Source: Gnetum montanum
Lineage: Eukaryota > Plantae > Gnetophyta
Length of the DNA: 64,000 nucleotides
Reading direction: 5' to 3'
Assembly: GCA_015680685.1 (NCBI GenBank)
Contig: MNCI01001153.1
Span: 380,590 to 444,589, forward strand
In this document: positions 26,745 to 39,657 of the stretch, piece by piece
Numbering within the stretch: position 1 is the stretch's first letter
How the letters are laid out: every line of letters begins with the position of its first letter
Notes under the pieces: model-generated
The model's database searches: none
What the model saw: only the letters and a program-made list of their open reading frames with translations
Told to the model about the DNA's origin: nothing
Program-made: the position numbers and the translations under genes

Positions 26745-27723
26745 TCTAGATCTTATGATTTTGGTATGTCAAAACATTAAGAAAAATGGAAAACAAGTGT
26801 GTTTGCTTGTCTGTTGTACTTACAAGACAAGAACTTGGATTGGGCAAGGAACGATGCATTCATCATGTAAGAGAAAGTGAAGAAATATGTCTCTAAGAAG
26901 CAATAGGCATCTTGATAGATTTGGAATGAACTCAGAGAAAATATAGAAATATGTCTTCAAAAATAGCAAGACATCCATATCTAGCCAAAGATGCCTTTCA
27001 TGAGGCAAAGATGTCTTTATAGATTGCAGAAAAAATGTAGAAAGACATCTTCCATTGAGCAAAGACATCTTCTAGGATGGAGACTTCAAAAAGATGTCTT
27101 TCAGGAAACAAAGACATCTTCCTATATTTGAAGCCAAACTCAAAGAGATGTCCTAGACACAAGAAATATGTAAGCATTATTGTATTCATTGTACAATCAT
27201 TTCTAATCATTGAATTCTTTGTTACTCTTCATTGTCTAATCATTTGGGTGTTGTAAAGTTTGATGTACCTAACTGTGAAAAGATCAACAAATTGAGTTGT
27301 AATCATTTCTTATATTTCTTGTTCTTATTGCCTTGAGGGGTTGAGTTCCTTAAGCTTGTTGAGATCCTACAGGATTGAGTTGTTTGTGCTACAATACAAC
27401 ACTCCGGTGCAAAGCTCAAAATTGTAAAGGTTGTGAAAGTCTTGAAACCACATTTCCAAGCCTAATGGGACCTTGCAGGGTTGAGTGATTGGTGTTGTGG
27501 TACAACACCTCGAAGCAATGCTTGACAACTGTACAAGATGTGGACCCTTCAATCACAATTTAAGAGCAACAAAGTCTATAGGTGTGCTTGCAATCTATCC
27601 TCTAAGTGTGGAGTACCCAAGTTGGGAAACCACATAATTTTGTGTGTATGTGCTTTGTTTTTTTAAGTTTTAATTTGGAAAACTTATTCATCCCCCCACC
27701 TTTTCTAAGTTCAATGATCCACA
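26745..27723 (+). repeat. 5' LTR of SIRE-like element
   Basis: Direct repeat of 32045-33160 containing an AAGACGTCTT-derived motif array. It lacks a ~90-bp segment that includes the TATA-like box. Confidence 0.93.
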
Positions 27724-27725
27724 AG

Positions 27726-27737
27726 TGGTATCGGAGC
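27726..27737 (+). promoter_or_regulatory. primer binding site, tRNA-iMet
   Basis: TGGTATCGGAGC, 2 nt after the LTR-terminal CA. Confidence 0.93.
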
Positions 27738-27759
27738 GTAATACTCTTTGTTTCATCAT

Positions 27760-29620
27760 CAACTTCAAGAGTGAACATTGGAGGGGACTTCTTACACAAA
27801 GCCATCCATGTTCAATGGATTTGACTTCACCTACTAGAAATCCATAATGCAAGGATTCTCTAAATGGAGTTTGAAGTCTAGGAGTCAATGTTGGAAGGCT
27901 ACACTCCACCCATCGATGGTACCACTATCATCATCAAACCTCACAACATATGGTTACAGGAAGAAAAGGATAAGTTCATGTTTCATTCAAAAGCAAAAAA
28001 TTATTTATATTGTGCTTTGAATAAATCTCAATTTAGTAGGGTACCAAGATGTAAAACAACCAAAGAAATTTGGCAAAATTTAGAAGCTACTTATGAAGGA
28101 ACCTTTATTGTTAAGTAATCGAAATTGTTAATTCTACAAAGTAAATATGAAAAACTCAAAATGTGTGAAGGTGAGAAAATTAAGGATTATTTTTCTAGAG
28201 CTAACGATCTTGTTGTAGCCATTAGAGGAATAGGAAAAGAGTTTCCCAAAAGTAACATCATCATCAAAATGATTAGAACTCTACAACTAGAGTTCAGGCC
28301 TCAGGTCACAACCATGGAGGAAATTAGAGATTTCTCAACTCTAAAATTTGAAGTACTTCAAAGTTCTCTCATTGCCTATGAAATGAATCTTATAAGAAAG
28401 GGATAAATTCAAGAAAAAACTATTACTCTAAAGATTGTCTCTAAGGAGGAGGAGGTCAATGAACATGATGAGGATAGTGAAGAGGAGATTTCCCTTCTCA
28501 CCAAGAAGCCTCAATGAATAATTGCTAGAAAGAACAAAGGGACATATTTATAAAGATTTAATTAGCCTAAAGGTAAAGAAAGAGGTAAGAACTTTTTGAA
28601 CTCTAACTTAGATTTTTCTTCTATAGAATATTGGATGTGAGGAGGTAGAGGCCATGTGGCCTCCAAATGTCCTAGTAGCCTCAAGATGTAATATAAGAAC
28701 AAATCCCTTGAAGAAGCAAAGAAAAAAAACTTCTATACAAGTTGGGATGATGCAGGAAAAAGTGAAGAAGAAGTGGGGAAGGATGTAAAAAAATTCTTAG
28801 CTCATCTGCATGGCCCTCACTAATGGTGATTCATTAGACAATGAACTAAATGATGATGAAAGGTATGATTTATTATGTAAAGAAATTTTGAATTTTCAAA
28901 ATCTTTGTACTAAGTTAAATAAACAAGTTAAGTCTAAAGAACATGAAATATCCTTATTGAATTTACCTATTTCTAACCTTGATAAACAACTCTTAGACCT
29001 AAAGTTTGAGAATGAGAAGCTAACCTTATCTTTAGAACAAGCCAAAGTGGAAGTTGCAGATGTTAAACTAATAAATGAACTATTAACAAAGGGAAATGAG
29101 TCCCTTTAAATGGTACTTGAACAAGGAAGAAGCCCACAGGACAAAAGTGGACTTGGATGTTGGCACGAAAAAGAGGAACATTCTTCTCATCTAAAGGAAC
29201 CATCAAAGAATAAGGACTCTACATCAAGGGAAGCTTTTGTTCAACATAAAGCTCCTCAAAGGTTTTGTCCTTCTAGTTATTTTTCCAATAGGAGAATTAG
29301 ATGTTATTATTGTAACAATATTGGGCATAAAAAAAGGGAGTGCAATCTAAAGTTTTATCATATGTGTACACAAGACTCCTTGGTCTTATCAAAGTGCATC
29401 AAGAAAGGGTTTTATGCAAGATCACAAAGAATATTGGAAGTTAACCCAAAGGACCAAGGCTATCAAAAGGGAATGGAGAATTAAATAGGATCAAGGGCAT
29501 TAGGAAACTTTCCTTAACAAATTTGTAAGAGGAAGTCATGCATTGGACATTGGAAAAGCTCGGTTCAAAGGAGATTCCTCAAAAGAGGAAACACATTCCT
29601 TAGCTCTTTAAACACCATCA
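27760..29620 (+). pseudogene. gag: SIRE-type gag with coiled-coil extension and zinc knuckles
   Basis: PSMFNGFDF, KAKNYLYCAL, YEGT, KYEKLKMCEGEKIKDYFSR, LIAYEM; coiled coil 28810-29109; DKSGLG; CYYCNNIGHKKREC knuckle. Confidence 0.9.
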
Positions 29621-30014
29621 TCTTCTAATAGCATTGCAGGTAGGTAGAGGTAGTTTTTATTTTTATTTTCAAGGTTTAATTAAGACTATAAACCAATGGC
29701 AACCTTCCAAAACCTCATTCTGACTACGTCTTTCCAAAGTGAAAGACGTCTCTACAAAGACATCTTTGGAAAAACAAAATGTTTCTCTGGTTTTCTATTT
29801 GTTGTGGGAAAGACATATTTGATGAATGAAAGATGTCTCCTAAATTTTTACATGTAAAAAATATGTCTTTCTATCAAAAAAGATGTCTCATTTTTTGTCA
29901 AAACCCTCATTTACCCATAGTTATAATAGAAAAAATCCCCATTTTGATGTATTCTTCCATAGAGATCCCACAAAGACAACTAGGGCTCCGCCATTCATAG
30001 TGATTTTTGTAGAG

Positions 30015-31591
30015 ATGGCCCACAAGCAGGTTGGTACATCTAGAAATCCTTCCAAGAAATGAGCAAGATGAAATTGTAGTAGTGTGCCACCCTCATACAC
30101 TCCTCAATTTCATAATTCAGATGCTTAGCATAGGTTTGAAATGAAAAGAACTACTAATATTGTTTCTAAGTGTTCTCTTAATTTTCCTTTGCATAAACAA
30201 CAAGCTTTGATGGATTATTTTAAGCTTTTAAACTGGACTACATTCATTTCCATGAATTTTCTTGTGCTTGAAGTGTTAATTTGATAATTCTATTATGACA
30301 TTACTATTTATGATGCTACTGTAGGGTCTTTTACATCCACTGTTGGTGGGATTATTATTAAAGTATCTCTTCAACTTATTAATGCAGTTTTGGGCATTTC
30401 TAGTCTTGATGTCTTTTGGGTTACTATAGAGTCTATGCATGACATTTACACAAACGGTAGCATGCCCATAGCTCATTATGAATTCTATGATGTATTATTT
30501 GGGAGAGATATGTCTTTTGATTAGGATCACATTGAGTAGAGCAAGATGATTCTAGATGCATCCAACTTGTCACTTATTGTTTTGTATAATATAAAGGTAA
30601 AGGGAGGCAGTTATAGTTATCTACTGCTAGCCCAAGGCTATGTAGTCTATTGTTTTCTTATAGGGTTACCATTAGATCTAGGGCACACCCTTTGTAGAGA
30701 CATTCTAAGCCTCTATGCAAAGGAGAGAATCCTTGGGCATTCTTACCTCATTAGCATGTTGATCTATAAGAAGGATGCACCAATTCTAGAGTTGACTTTG
30801 TTTAAAGGTAAGCAAAGTCTTGGTGAGTATGCAAAGAAGAGGAGTTCTTCTCACACAGTAATAGTAGGACCTAGCACTAGATCACCAATATAAATGAAGA
30901 AGGCCTCACTACGGTTGAGAAGATCAAAATCTTCTAAAGCTCATGTTCATTCCTCTTTAAAGAGGATGTTTAGACCCATTTCCTAAGCCATTGCGAAGCT
31001 CAAGAGGAACCTCTCCTACTTTTGTAAGAGCTTAGATGAGGTTGGGATTCCTCCTCCCTCTGATAGGTAGGTATTTGAAGAGGTCACTACTCCTCCCATC
31101 TCTAATAGCAAGGAGGATGCTCCTATTCATCCACTCCATTCTTCAATAATAGGCCCCTCATGTACATCAATTTAGGTATGGAGTCAAATTCTGAGCTAGA
31201 GGCACACCTAGCTAGTATTTAGGGGAAGCATCATGCTTCCATGCAGTAGCCAAAGCACCATATTCTAGTTCTTCCTACTTTTACTGCTCCATCTCATGTT
31301 GATGCTCTTATCTCTTTTAAGCAACAAGCTATGGAGAGAATCTTTGGGACCACATCCCAATGGGTTCCAGTTCAATAGTTGCCAACTCCATCAACTCCGC
31401 TAGCTTCCTTTGGATTTTCAATGAAGCTTTATCCTTGGCAGGCTCCAATGCAGCGAGTTGATTCCTCAGATGAGGACACTTAGAAATCCAACCATCCCAA
31501 CACTAATAGTCATGACAATGAGGAGACTTATCATCCATCTCGAGCAATGGTGGATTTTGAATCTAAGGATGTTACCAAGGTTACTGATTGA
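30015..31591 (+). pseudogene. SIRE env-like accessory ORF (putative plant transposon protein domain)
   Basis: MAHKQVGTSRNPSKK*AR*; LI**FYYDI...TSTVGGIIIKVSLQLINAVLGI; PLDLGHTL...LGHSYLISMLI; Pro-rich and acidic tail. Confidence 0.75.
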
Positions 31592-32044
31592 GACCTTCGC
31601 AAGATGTTTTTTCTCTCCTTTTTGTGAACAAAAAGGATAAAATATTTTGTGGATCTCACATATGTTATTTTGGGATTTTGCACATATATGATTGATCAAT
31701 GGATAGTGTACTCCTAGATGCTTCTAGACAATTTGATGTAAAACATTTTGTGGATGGTTATGGATAGATGGTGTATTTTCTAATTATCTCTATGTGGTCT
31801 ATTGATTTTTATTTTGCCTCTTTTACTTAACTCACATCCTATTGATCTACCATTCTTCTCCTAATCCCTAGTTGCCATAGAAATTTATATGTCTTTATGC
31901 TTTTCTTAGAATATCTTTTATGATCATTATGTATATCTATTACTATATCTCTAAAGGTTTGAGCTTTTTGGTTATGTCCAAAAGGGGAAGAAGGCTAAGC
32001 TAATCCATTTTCTTAAGTTTGGAGATTATTGAAAAAGGGGAGAT

Positions 32045-33160
32045 TGTGGACCTTATGGTTTTGTTATGTCAAAAAATTAAGAAAAATGGAAAACAAGTTT
32101 TTTTTCTTATCTATTGTCCTTACATGAAAGGAACCTGGATTTGACAAGGCTATGAACAACGAATGATGCATTCATCATGCAAGAGAAAGTGAAGAAATAC
32201 ATTTGTAATCATGCAAGAGAAAGTGAAGAAATACATCTCTAGGAAGTAGTAAACGTCTTGGTAGATTTGGGATGAACTCCAAAAAAATCCAAAAAGACAT
32301 CTTCAGAAACATTAAGATGTCTTTCTCCAACTAAAGACATCCATCATGAGGCAAAGACATGTTTATAGATTACAAACCAAATGCAGAAAGATGTCTTCCA
32401 TTGAGAAAATATGTCTTTTAGGATGGAGACTTCAAAAATATGTCTTTCAAGAAATAAAGATGTCTTTCCAAATTTGAAGCCAAATTTAGAGAGACATCTC
32501 AGGCACGAAAAAGACATCTCCCACAATCGTTAGCTAGCCATTGCACAAGTTTCGAGAAGGATTTAGCAACACGATAGCTATAAGAAGACTCATGTGCATT
32601 AGGAAATGTGCAAGCATTGTTGTATTCATTATATGATCATTTTTAATCATTTAATTCTCTATTTCTCTTCATTGTCTAATCATTTTGGCTATGCAAAGTG
32701 TGCTATACCTAACTTTGCAAGGATCAACAAATTGAGTTGCAGTCATTCCTTGTATTTCTTATTCTTATTACCCTAAGGGGTTGAGTTCCTTGAGCTTGTA
32801 GGAATCCTACAATATTGAGTTTTTAGTGCTGTAGTACAATACTCCAATGTAGAGCTCAAGATTGTAAAGGTTATGGAAGCCTTAAAACCACATTTCCAAG
32901 CCTAACGATACCTTGTGAGGTTGAGTGATTAGTGTTGATGTACAACACTCCAAAGCATAGCTTGATGACTATACCAAGTGGGGGCCCTTCAATCACAATT
33001 TGAGAGCAACAAAGTCTAGAGGTGTGCTTGCAATCTACCCTTTGAGTATGGAGTACCCAAGTTGGGGAACCACATAAATCTGGGTGTGTATACTTTGTTT
33101 GTTTAAGTTTTGATTTTGGGAACTTATTCATCTTCCCCATTCTAAGTTCAATAGTCCATA
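32045..33160 (+). repeat. 3' LTR of SIRE-like element
   Basis: Starts TGTGGACC after PPT GAAAAAGGGGAGAT, ends GTCCATA before the TSD, and carries a short tandem duplication at ~32175-32240. Confidence 0.93.
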
Positions 33161-34417
33161 GGTAATTGGCCCTTTCTTTTGGTTGGTTACATGCCTAATT
33201 GTAGTAGTAGTGTTGGATTTCCTCTAAGGGATAGATGTCAAAGGAAAATAACCCCAAAGAACCCTCAATACATGATTTAGATACATTATTCCACATTACT
33301 AAAACATTCTTTGTATTTTCCTTCTATATTTTCCCTATCATTTTCTTTATGCATAATGTCAAATGTTACAAATATTTAATGTTTTCCATAACATCCAAGA
33401 ATAGAATTTCACATTTGACATCAAAGAAAACCATGATCCAAGAACCAATCAAAATCAAGGATCAATTACAATCTAATGATGAACCATGGAGTCATGGCCT
33501 AGGGTGCATCATGTTCAAGATGGACCTTACCAACTAACAAGATTCCTTCTAAAATATTTTCACTAATATCAATACTAGGAGATCTTATTAACCTTTAACA
33601 AGATACATCAACTATGAGAAAATGTAGTAAGATAATAAGAAAACCTAGTAAGATAATGCTATTACACAACAAGGTTGCAAGGCTCTGTCATGCAACATTG
33701 TGATTGAGCAGGCTACTTGTGACTTGCTAGGTAGAGCCAAGCCCTCCTACACATTGTCATCCTTCTCCATACTACTATCCTTATGAGCACAACCATCCTC
33801 TTGTGCATTTACTCTTCCATGTCACCATCCTCTTATGCACTATTTGCCACCCACTATCTTTGCTTGACCTACCTACTACCACTATCCCCATGTCTCTTCC
33901 TACTACCACACAAACCAGAAATCCTTACTTTTCTACCACCATCATTACCTACCTCTACAATTTCCATCATTTCCTATCCTTTACCATTGCTTTACCACTG
34001 GTGCTAAAAATTTCAGATCCATGGTCCTTCTTTGGTGACCTCGACCACCATGAACATCATTGGATACTACCTATTTCAATTACCATGATGACCTTGAGCA
34101 TTTTTGGATACTACCTCCTATAGTAACCTTAGCCATCATGAGCATCATTGGATATTGCCTCCTGTAGCAACCTTGACCATCATTAGCATTGTCAAATACT
34201 ACCACTTTCAACAATGTTGGTATCTAAACCTTTTTTGTTAATTGATAAAAACTTTAAAATATTTGTCAATTGATGGAAAATTCTGAAATCCATCAAATAA
34301 TGAAAAAATTTAAATTTGACATTTTGGTAGATGGGTGAAAAATTTAAATTTCAAAAGTAGCCAAATTTGACCATACAATCAAATTAATAGGTTGGCAACA
34401 ACTGAGATACAAATTTT

Positions 34418-34470
34418 ATAAGTGAGCTTGTCCTAGAGTAGTACTAAAATGGGTGACCTCTCAAGAAGTT
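34418..34470 (+). other. 5S rRNA-derived fragment (internal promoter region), Cassandra-like or 5S pseudogene piece
   Basis: TAAGTGAGCTTGTCCTAGAGTAGTACTAAAATGGGTGACCTCTCAAGAAGT versus plant 5S TAAGCGTGCTTGGGCGAGAGTAGTACTAGGATGGGTGACCTCCTGGGAAGT. Confidence 0.75.
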
Positions 34471-37400
34471 TCAAATTTCATGCGCAAAGTTTAGGACTTC
34501 AAAATCAATAACATTTAAATTTTGAAGTCTTTTTCAATAAAAAAAAATGTCATTTCTAATACATTTTGATTCTCCAAATGTAATGGCAAAGTCAAATCTA
34601 CCCCATGAAGCTCTAAAAATTAGTTTTGACTCCTTGCATCAAAACTATGCCTTGAGATTCTCATAAATGTAATTTAGCATAACCCAAACATATGATTTCC
34701 ATTTATAACATATGAATAATCATTTCTAGGATTTTTAGGCCTTCTAAACTCAATGGTAAGATTAGATTGATCATCTGAATACCTGATATTAGATTATAGT
34801 TTAAATTGTACCTTAAGAGGTCATAACTTGGACTAACTAACCATGCCTACAATTTAATTGTTGAGACTAATAAATGTAACCTCTTGGAATATCTTGTACC
34901 TTAATATTAGGTGCTTAGGTTATGTAGATAGAGAGTCCTAGGTCACTGACCCCTAGTATGTCATTAGTTATACTATTGAAGTCAATGTCCTAAGTGGGGT
35001 AGGAAGGTTGTTATGAGTCCAAGATGTAGCTACTTATTGCCAATCCAATAAATTGATTATTTGGAGAATTAGTTGATGAACTAGAATGATAAAAATATGT
35101 ATACCAATTCAATCTACAACCCTACCATGTAGTAAAACATCAAATATAATCATAATCTTATTTTGACAAGGTGTATGATACCCATGAAAAGAAATGACCC
35201 AAGAGAAAATCCAAGAACAAAAATGAAATTTATAACATACAACATATTTGTAAGGTTCTTAGCTAGGGAAAGATAACATTCTCTATGTCCACCTTGGATC
35301 TTGTACTAGCACAAGTATTTTTTACTCATGTATCCTAGTAGAGTTATAAGATTTGAATGCTGATATCTTGTGCCTACAAGAAGTCTTACCATGGGAATTA
35401 TTATACCAATTCCAAACCAATCTAGAAAAAAGTTTGGATATGGAGGTGTTTATAAGAAAAAAGGTTCTTGTTGAAGTTTTTCCTTTAAGCTATATAGATT
35501 ATCCTATTGCAAGGATCATAACATGGATGGTTATTTGATCTTTTATAAATAAGCCAAGTTCAAATTGGTACAAAGATTTGAATGGAGATTAGAATATATA
35601 ACTTTCAAATTTCAAAAACTTCAAATCATGAGAAAGAAAGAACAATCAAGATTCTAGATAAGCCACATAACCTTGGCATTGATATTTAAAATCTAGTTAT
35701 TAGGAAGATGTATATATGTGATCAACGTACATTTAATTGCCAAATTAACATGTTCAAATGTTAGACTTTCTCAAGTAACCTATTTGATTAATTAAATAGA
35801 TGAAAGATTAAGAATAAACTATTCCTAACCCATACCAATCTTAACCCAATATCATTCATTCTCTATGGAGAGTTTAATGCAAAACTTAGAAGTTGGGTTT
35901 ATTAATTCTTAAAATATGAACATGTAAAAGAATCCTTAGAAGAGAAAGCTAATTTGAAGAGGATGTTCCCATCAATTCAACATGCAATTCCATTAGCCAA
36001 TGCATATTCCACTTCAAATCTTTAACAGAAAAGTCAAATTCAAGAATTCAAGAATAGATAATGTTGATGGATAGTACTCATCAAGAATCACAATTCACCA
36101 ACTAGACTACCATGACTACTGAAGATAATCAACATCATGCTTCATCAAGATCCTAGACTATATTTGGTATAATGCCTAATTCTTTCAAGTTATCAAGTTA
36201 TTAGAGTTAATTTCTAAGGAAGAATTTAAGAAGTAAGATCAAGCCCTACCATCCTTAACAAGGCCATATGACTATATACCTCTTATCGAAGAACTATAAC
36301 TACATCACTTAATTCCCAAGGTTGATAATAATCAGGGAGACTATTAACCTTACTTTTATTCATAGCCTTCCTATTTTCTTCATTGTTTAATTTATATTTT
36401 AATTATGGAAGTAAAATATCTAGGGTAATGTAAGCTAGAAATAAATATTTGTTCTACCTTCACTTGGATAACCAAATACGAATTACACTTTGTGTGACCT
36501 TGGTTAGGCTTGGTGATCGGTGGTTGGTAGACCTTTAATTTACCTCTTGTCACTACCTTAGAGAATGAGGTAAGTATTTATAAAATAATATTTAATTTTC
36601 AAATATTCTTCTCACTTATATTTTGTTTGTAGAATAAGTGGGAGAACATTAGGATATTCAACAACATTTTAAAAGGAGAAATCAAAGCATTAAAGCATGG
36701 AAGGAACATGGGAGCTATAAAAAGATCATGTACATGGACTCATTTGAAGATGAATAAAACCTAAGGTAAATATATTTTCACATCACCATTCCCAAATGCT
36801 ACTACTCCATAACAAAATGATCTCTCTTCATAACAAGTAATGCAATTATTGTAATAAGACTCAAAAGGGCAAGTTGTAATTAAGAATTAAAAGGATGAAT
36901 TGTAATAATAAGCATGTCTCTTGAGGTGATATTTTGGGATTTAACCTAAGATATTTATACCTATACATTAGATGTCATATCAACATGAAGTTGCAAGATT
37001 GATAAAGGCGGGTAACAAGTGTCAAGTGAACCTATATAGGAAGGTCACTAGTCATTCCCTTTACCATGGTATAGGCCTAACCGTGATGGTAGTGTTAGAT
37101 TGCCTCTATGAGACAAATGTTGAAGTAATCTAACCCCAAGGAACCCTTAGATCATGACCCTGATATATTATTCCACATTAATAAAGCATTTTTTTATTTT
37201 TCTCTTAAATTTTCACTATTATTTTCTTTACACATAATATTAAATGTTATGAATATTTGACATTTTCCATAACGTCCAAGAACATGATGTCACATCATGG
37301 ATCACTTTACAAAAGATATCTAGTCTTTTATGATAAATCAAATGATGTTATCAAAATTTTTCATGGCCTACAATGGAGGTCGTGTTGAATAAGAAAGATA

Positions 37401-38235
37401 TCCTTGGAATCCACACTAACAAAATGATTAACTTTGCCTTTTGAGTCATCACCATCTAGCTAGAAAGCCTAGTTCTATGATTGAGAAATTTACTGGAATG
37501 AAAATAAGATCACAATATGGAAACTAGGTTAGAACATTTATTAACATCCCATGCATGAAATATAACTCAGAAATAAGCTAAAATCTAGAAAATAATAACA
37601 AAATATTTAGATCAAATCAATCATTTCAACAAATAGTTGCTAAACAAATAGAAATTGGCCAAAATAATATGCACTCAAAATCAAAGTATCAAAATTCATA
37701 AAATGAAAAAAGGCATCAAATTACTTTACCTAAAAGGACATTGCTAAAGAAAAAGCCTTCACGTGGCTAAGGTCTTCAAAATAGGCTCCAAATCATAGGC
37801 AAAACCAAAAGTCAACAATAGGATCTAAATAAAACCTAAACAAGATCTTAAACTAAGGCCTTACTAGGATCCTAGTTGATAGCATACATTGAGATCTAGC
37901 TTTTCTCCAAATCAACAAAGTCTCTCTCTCTAGTTTTATCTTCCATATGTCAACTATGCAATTGGATGATCTCTCAAGAAATAGTTATCATGTATTTATG
38001 CTTGTAAGTGTTTGGCATGGTTAGGATAAAAGGGTAATCTCTTGGAAAAACTAAAAAATAAAATGAAATTCTAATTTTAAAAATATTTTTAAATTATTTT
38101 CTAATATGAACTAGTACCCAACATTGTAAAGGTAAGCTAATAGCTATGACTAAACCCAAGTTGGTAGCTATGTCTAAGCCTAAGCTAATAATAAATTCTA
38201 TGGTCAAAATCATAACTAACAAAAATGAAAACATG

Positions 38236-39059
38236 TGATGAATTATGATTTATTAAGTTGTGATATCGTGCCCATGATATCGCGGCCTAGCTCACGATAT
38301 CATATACACGATATTGTGGCTCCTGTGCAGGCCTATAAATAAACCTTAGGCACACAATGAAAAAGGGGAGCTTTTTAAGTTAAAAATTAGTTTTCATTAT
38401 TAGTTTCCTCTCAAATATTTTCCCCTAGTGCATGCCCATAGTGTGATGATTCTAATTATATGGCACCTTTATTTGAGTGTGATGTACTTGGACATGCACA
38501 TGACCAGAAATAAAGATTGAGATTACTTCATCATTGCAGCATTCACTTAGTTTAATTATTTAATTGTTATTGTTATTTATTGCTCTCGTAGTTAATATCT
38601 CTTCACCCTAAACTCCTTAAACATGGAATGAGTATGACTTAATCACAAGCATTTAAGTGTGACTACTTGGTATCCCAGTAGCGTACCTAGGCCATGCACT
38701 TGGTAACACTAGTGGTAGTTGTGCACAAGGTCCAAGATGTGTATGGATGATTAAGGAACGAATGCTCATCGCACTTAGGCTAGCTTAGATTCTCTCTCCA
38801 TATTCCCTCTTAGTTAAATTAAAGTTATTTTCCATTGTCTCTGGGAGTAGCACTAGGATAGAAACCACATCATACACCTCACTTTGGACTAAACCATACA
38901 TGACAAAGCAAATACTAGTCCAAGTGGGAAGACAGTGAACTACGATCAGTGAGTAACTATCTAGATACCACAACTAGCCCATCTACGGAGTTCGACCGGA
39001 TCGTGTGTGAAACGCTCGTATTCGTATGGTTGAGTGTAGGGATACCTCACCACTCATCA
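38236..39059 (+). repeat. LTR (complete)
   Basis: TGATGAAT...ACTCATCA, TATAAATA at ~38335, followed by a degenerate Asp PBS TTTGCATCATTGCCGAGGA. Confidence 0.92.
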
Positions 39060-39657
39060 TTTGCATCATTGCCGAGGATGATGCTAGTTATTTAGATTAG
39101 TTACATCATACAAGACCGTTGTAACAAAGTATTCACGATAGATCTTTTAGAAAAGAAATTAATTTTAATTAAGTCACACATGGTTCACAACAATATCTCT
39201 CTCACAAGCCTCTGACAACACAACAATGAGTAAGGCAATTCATTGGAGAACCAACAAATTATATGATGATGAAGATAAAGTTTGAAGTACTCAACCTGAT
39301 GCAGGAGACCCCTACATTCATGAACACCCCAACAATACTCAAAGACTTTTGTCATCCAACTTTGACACCTCTAGTAAGGATGAGATATCCCATAGAACAA
39401 GGAGGTCCGAAAGGCCTAGGAACTTCTCAATAACTAACAAGAATTTGTTAGGGGATGATTGGAAGACTTACAAAAGTCATAACGAGTTTTACAGTTCCCT
39501 CTCTTCCTCTACTCCTTCAATGTCATATTGTGACACGGATGACTATCTTTGAAGGGATTAGCATAGAACTAAAAACTGACCTCACAAAGAAAATTAGAAC
39601 ACCAACATGAACAAGGACAACATCCTCCAAACGCACAAATTCACAACCCACTTAGTG

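Larger units (their letters stand above)
26745..33160 (+). mobile_element. complete non-autonomous SIRE/Maximus-type Ty1/copia element (gag + env-like ORF, no pol)
   Basis: LTRs 26745-27723 and 32045-33160; TSD GGTAA (26740-26744, 33161-33165); Met PBS; multiple PPT-like tracts (~31630, 31980, 32032-32044); ATTCATCCCCCC motif near the LTR end. Confidence 0.92.
26474..37294 (+). mobile_element. old LTR element with diverged ~520-bp LTRs (26474-26744 + 33166-33411; 36776-37294), no recognisable pol
   Basis: The left repeat is split by the SIRE-like insertion and, when rejoined, aligns with 36785-37294. A degenerate PBS-like TTTGACATCAAAG follows at ~33411. TSD is not convincing. Confidence 0.55.

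Noticed and set aside
33783-34123. Overlapping ORFs of 74 and 106 aa
   Set aside because: Low-complexity CA/CT-rich sequence with no recognisable domain.
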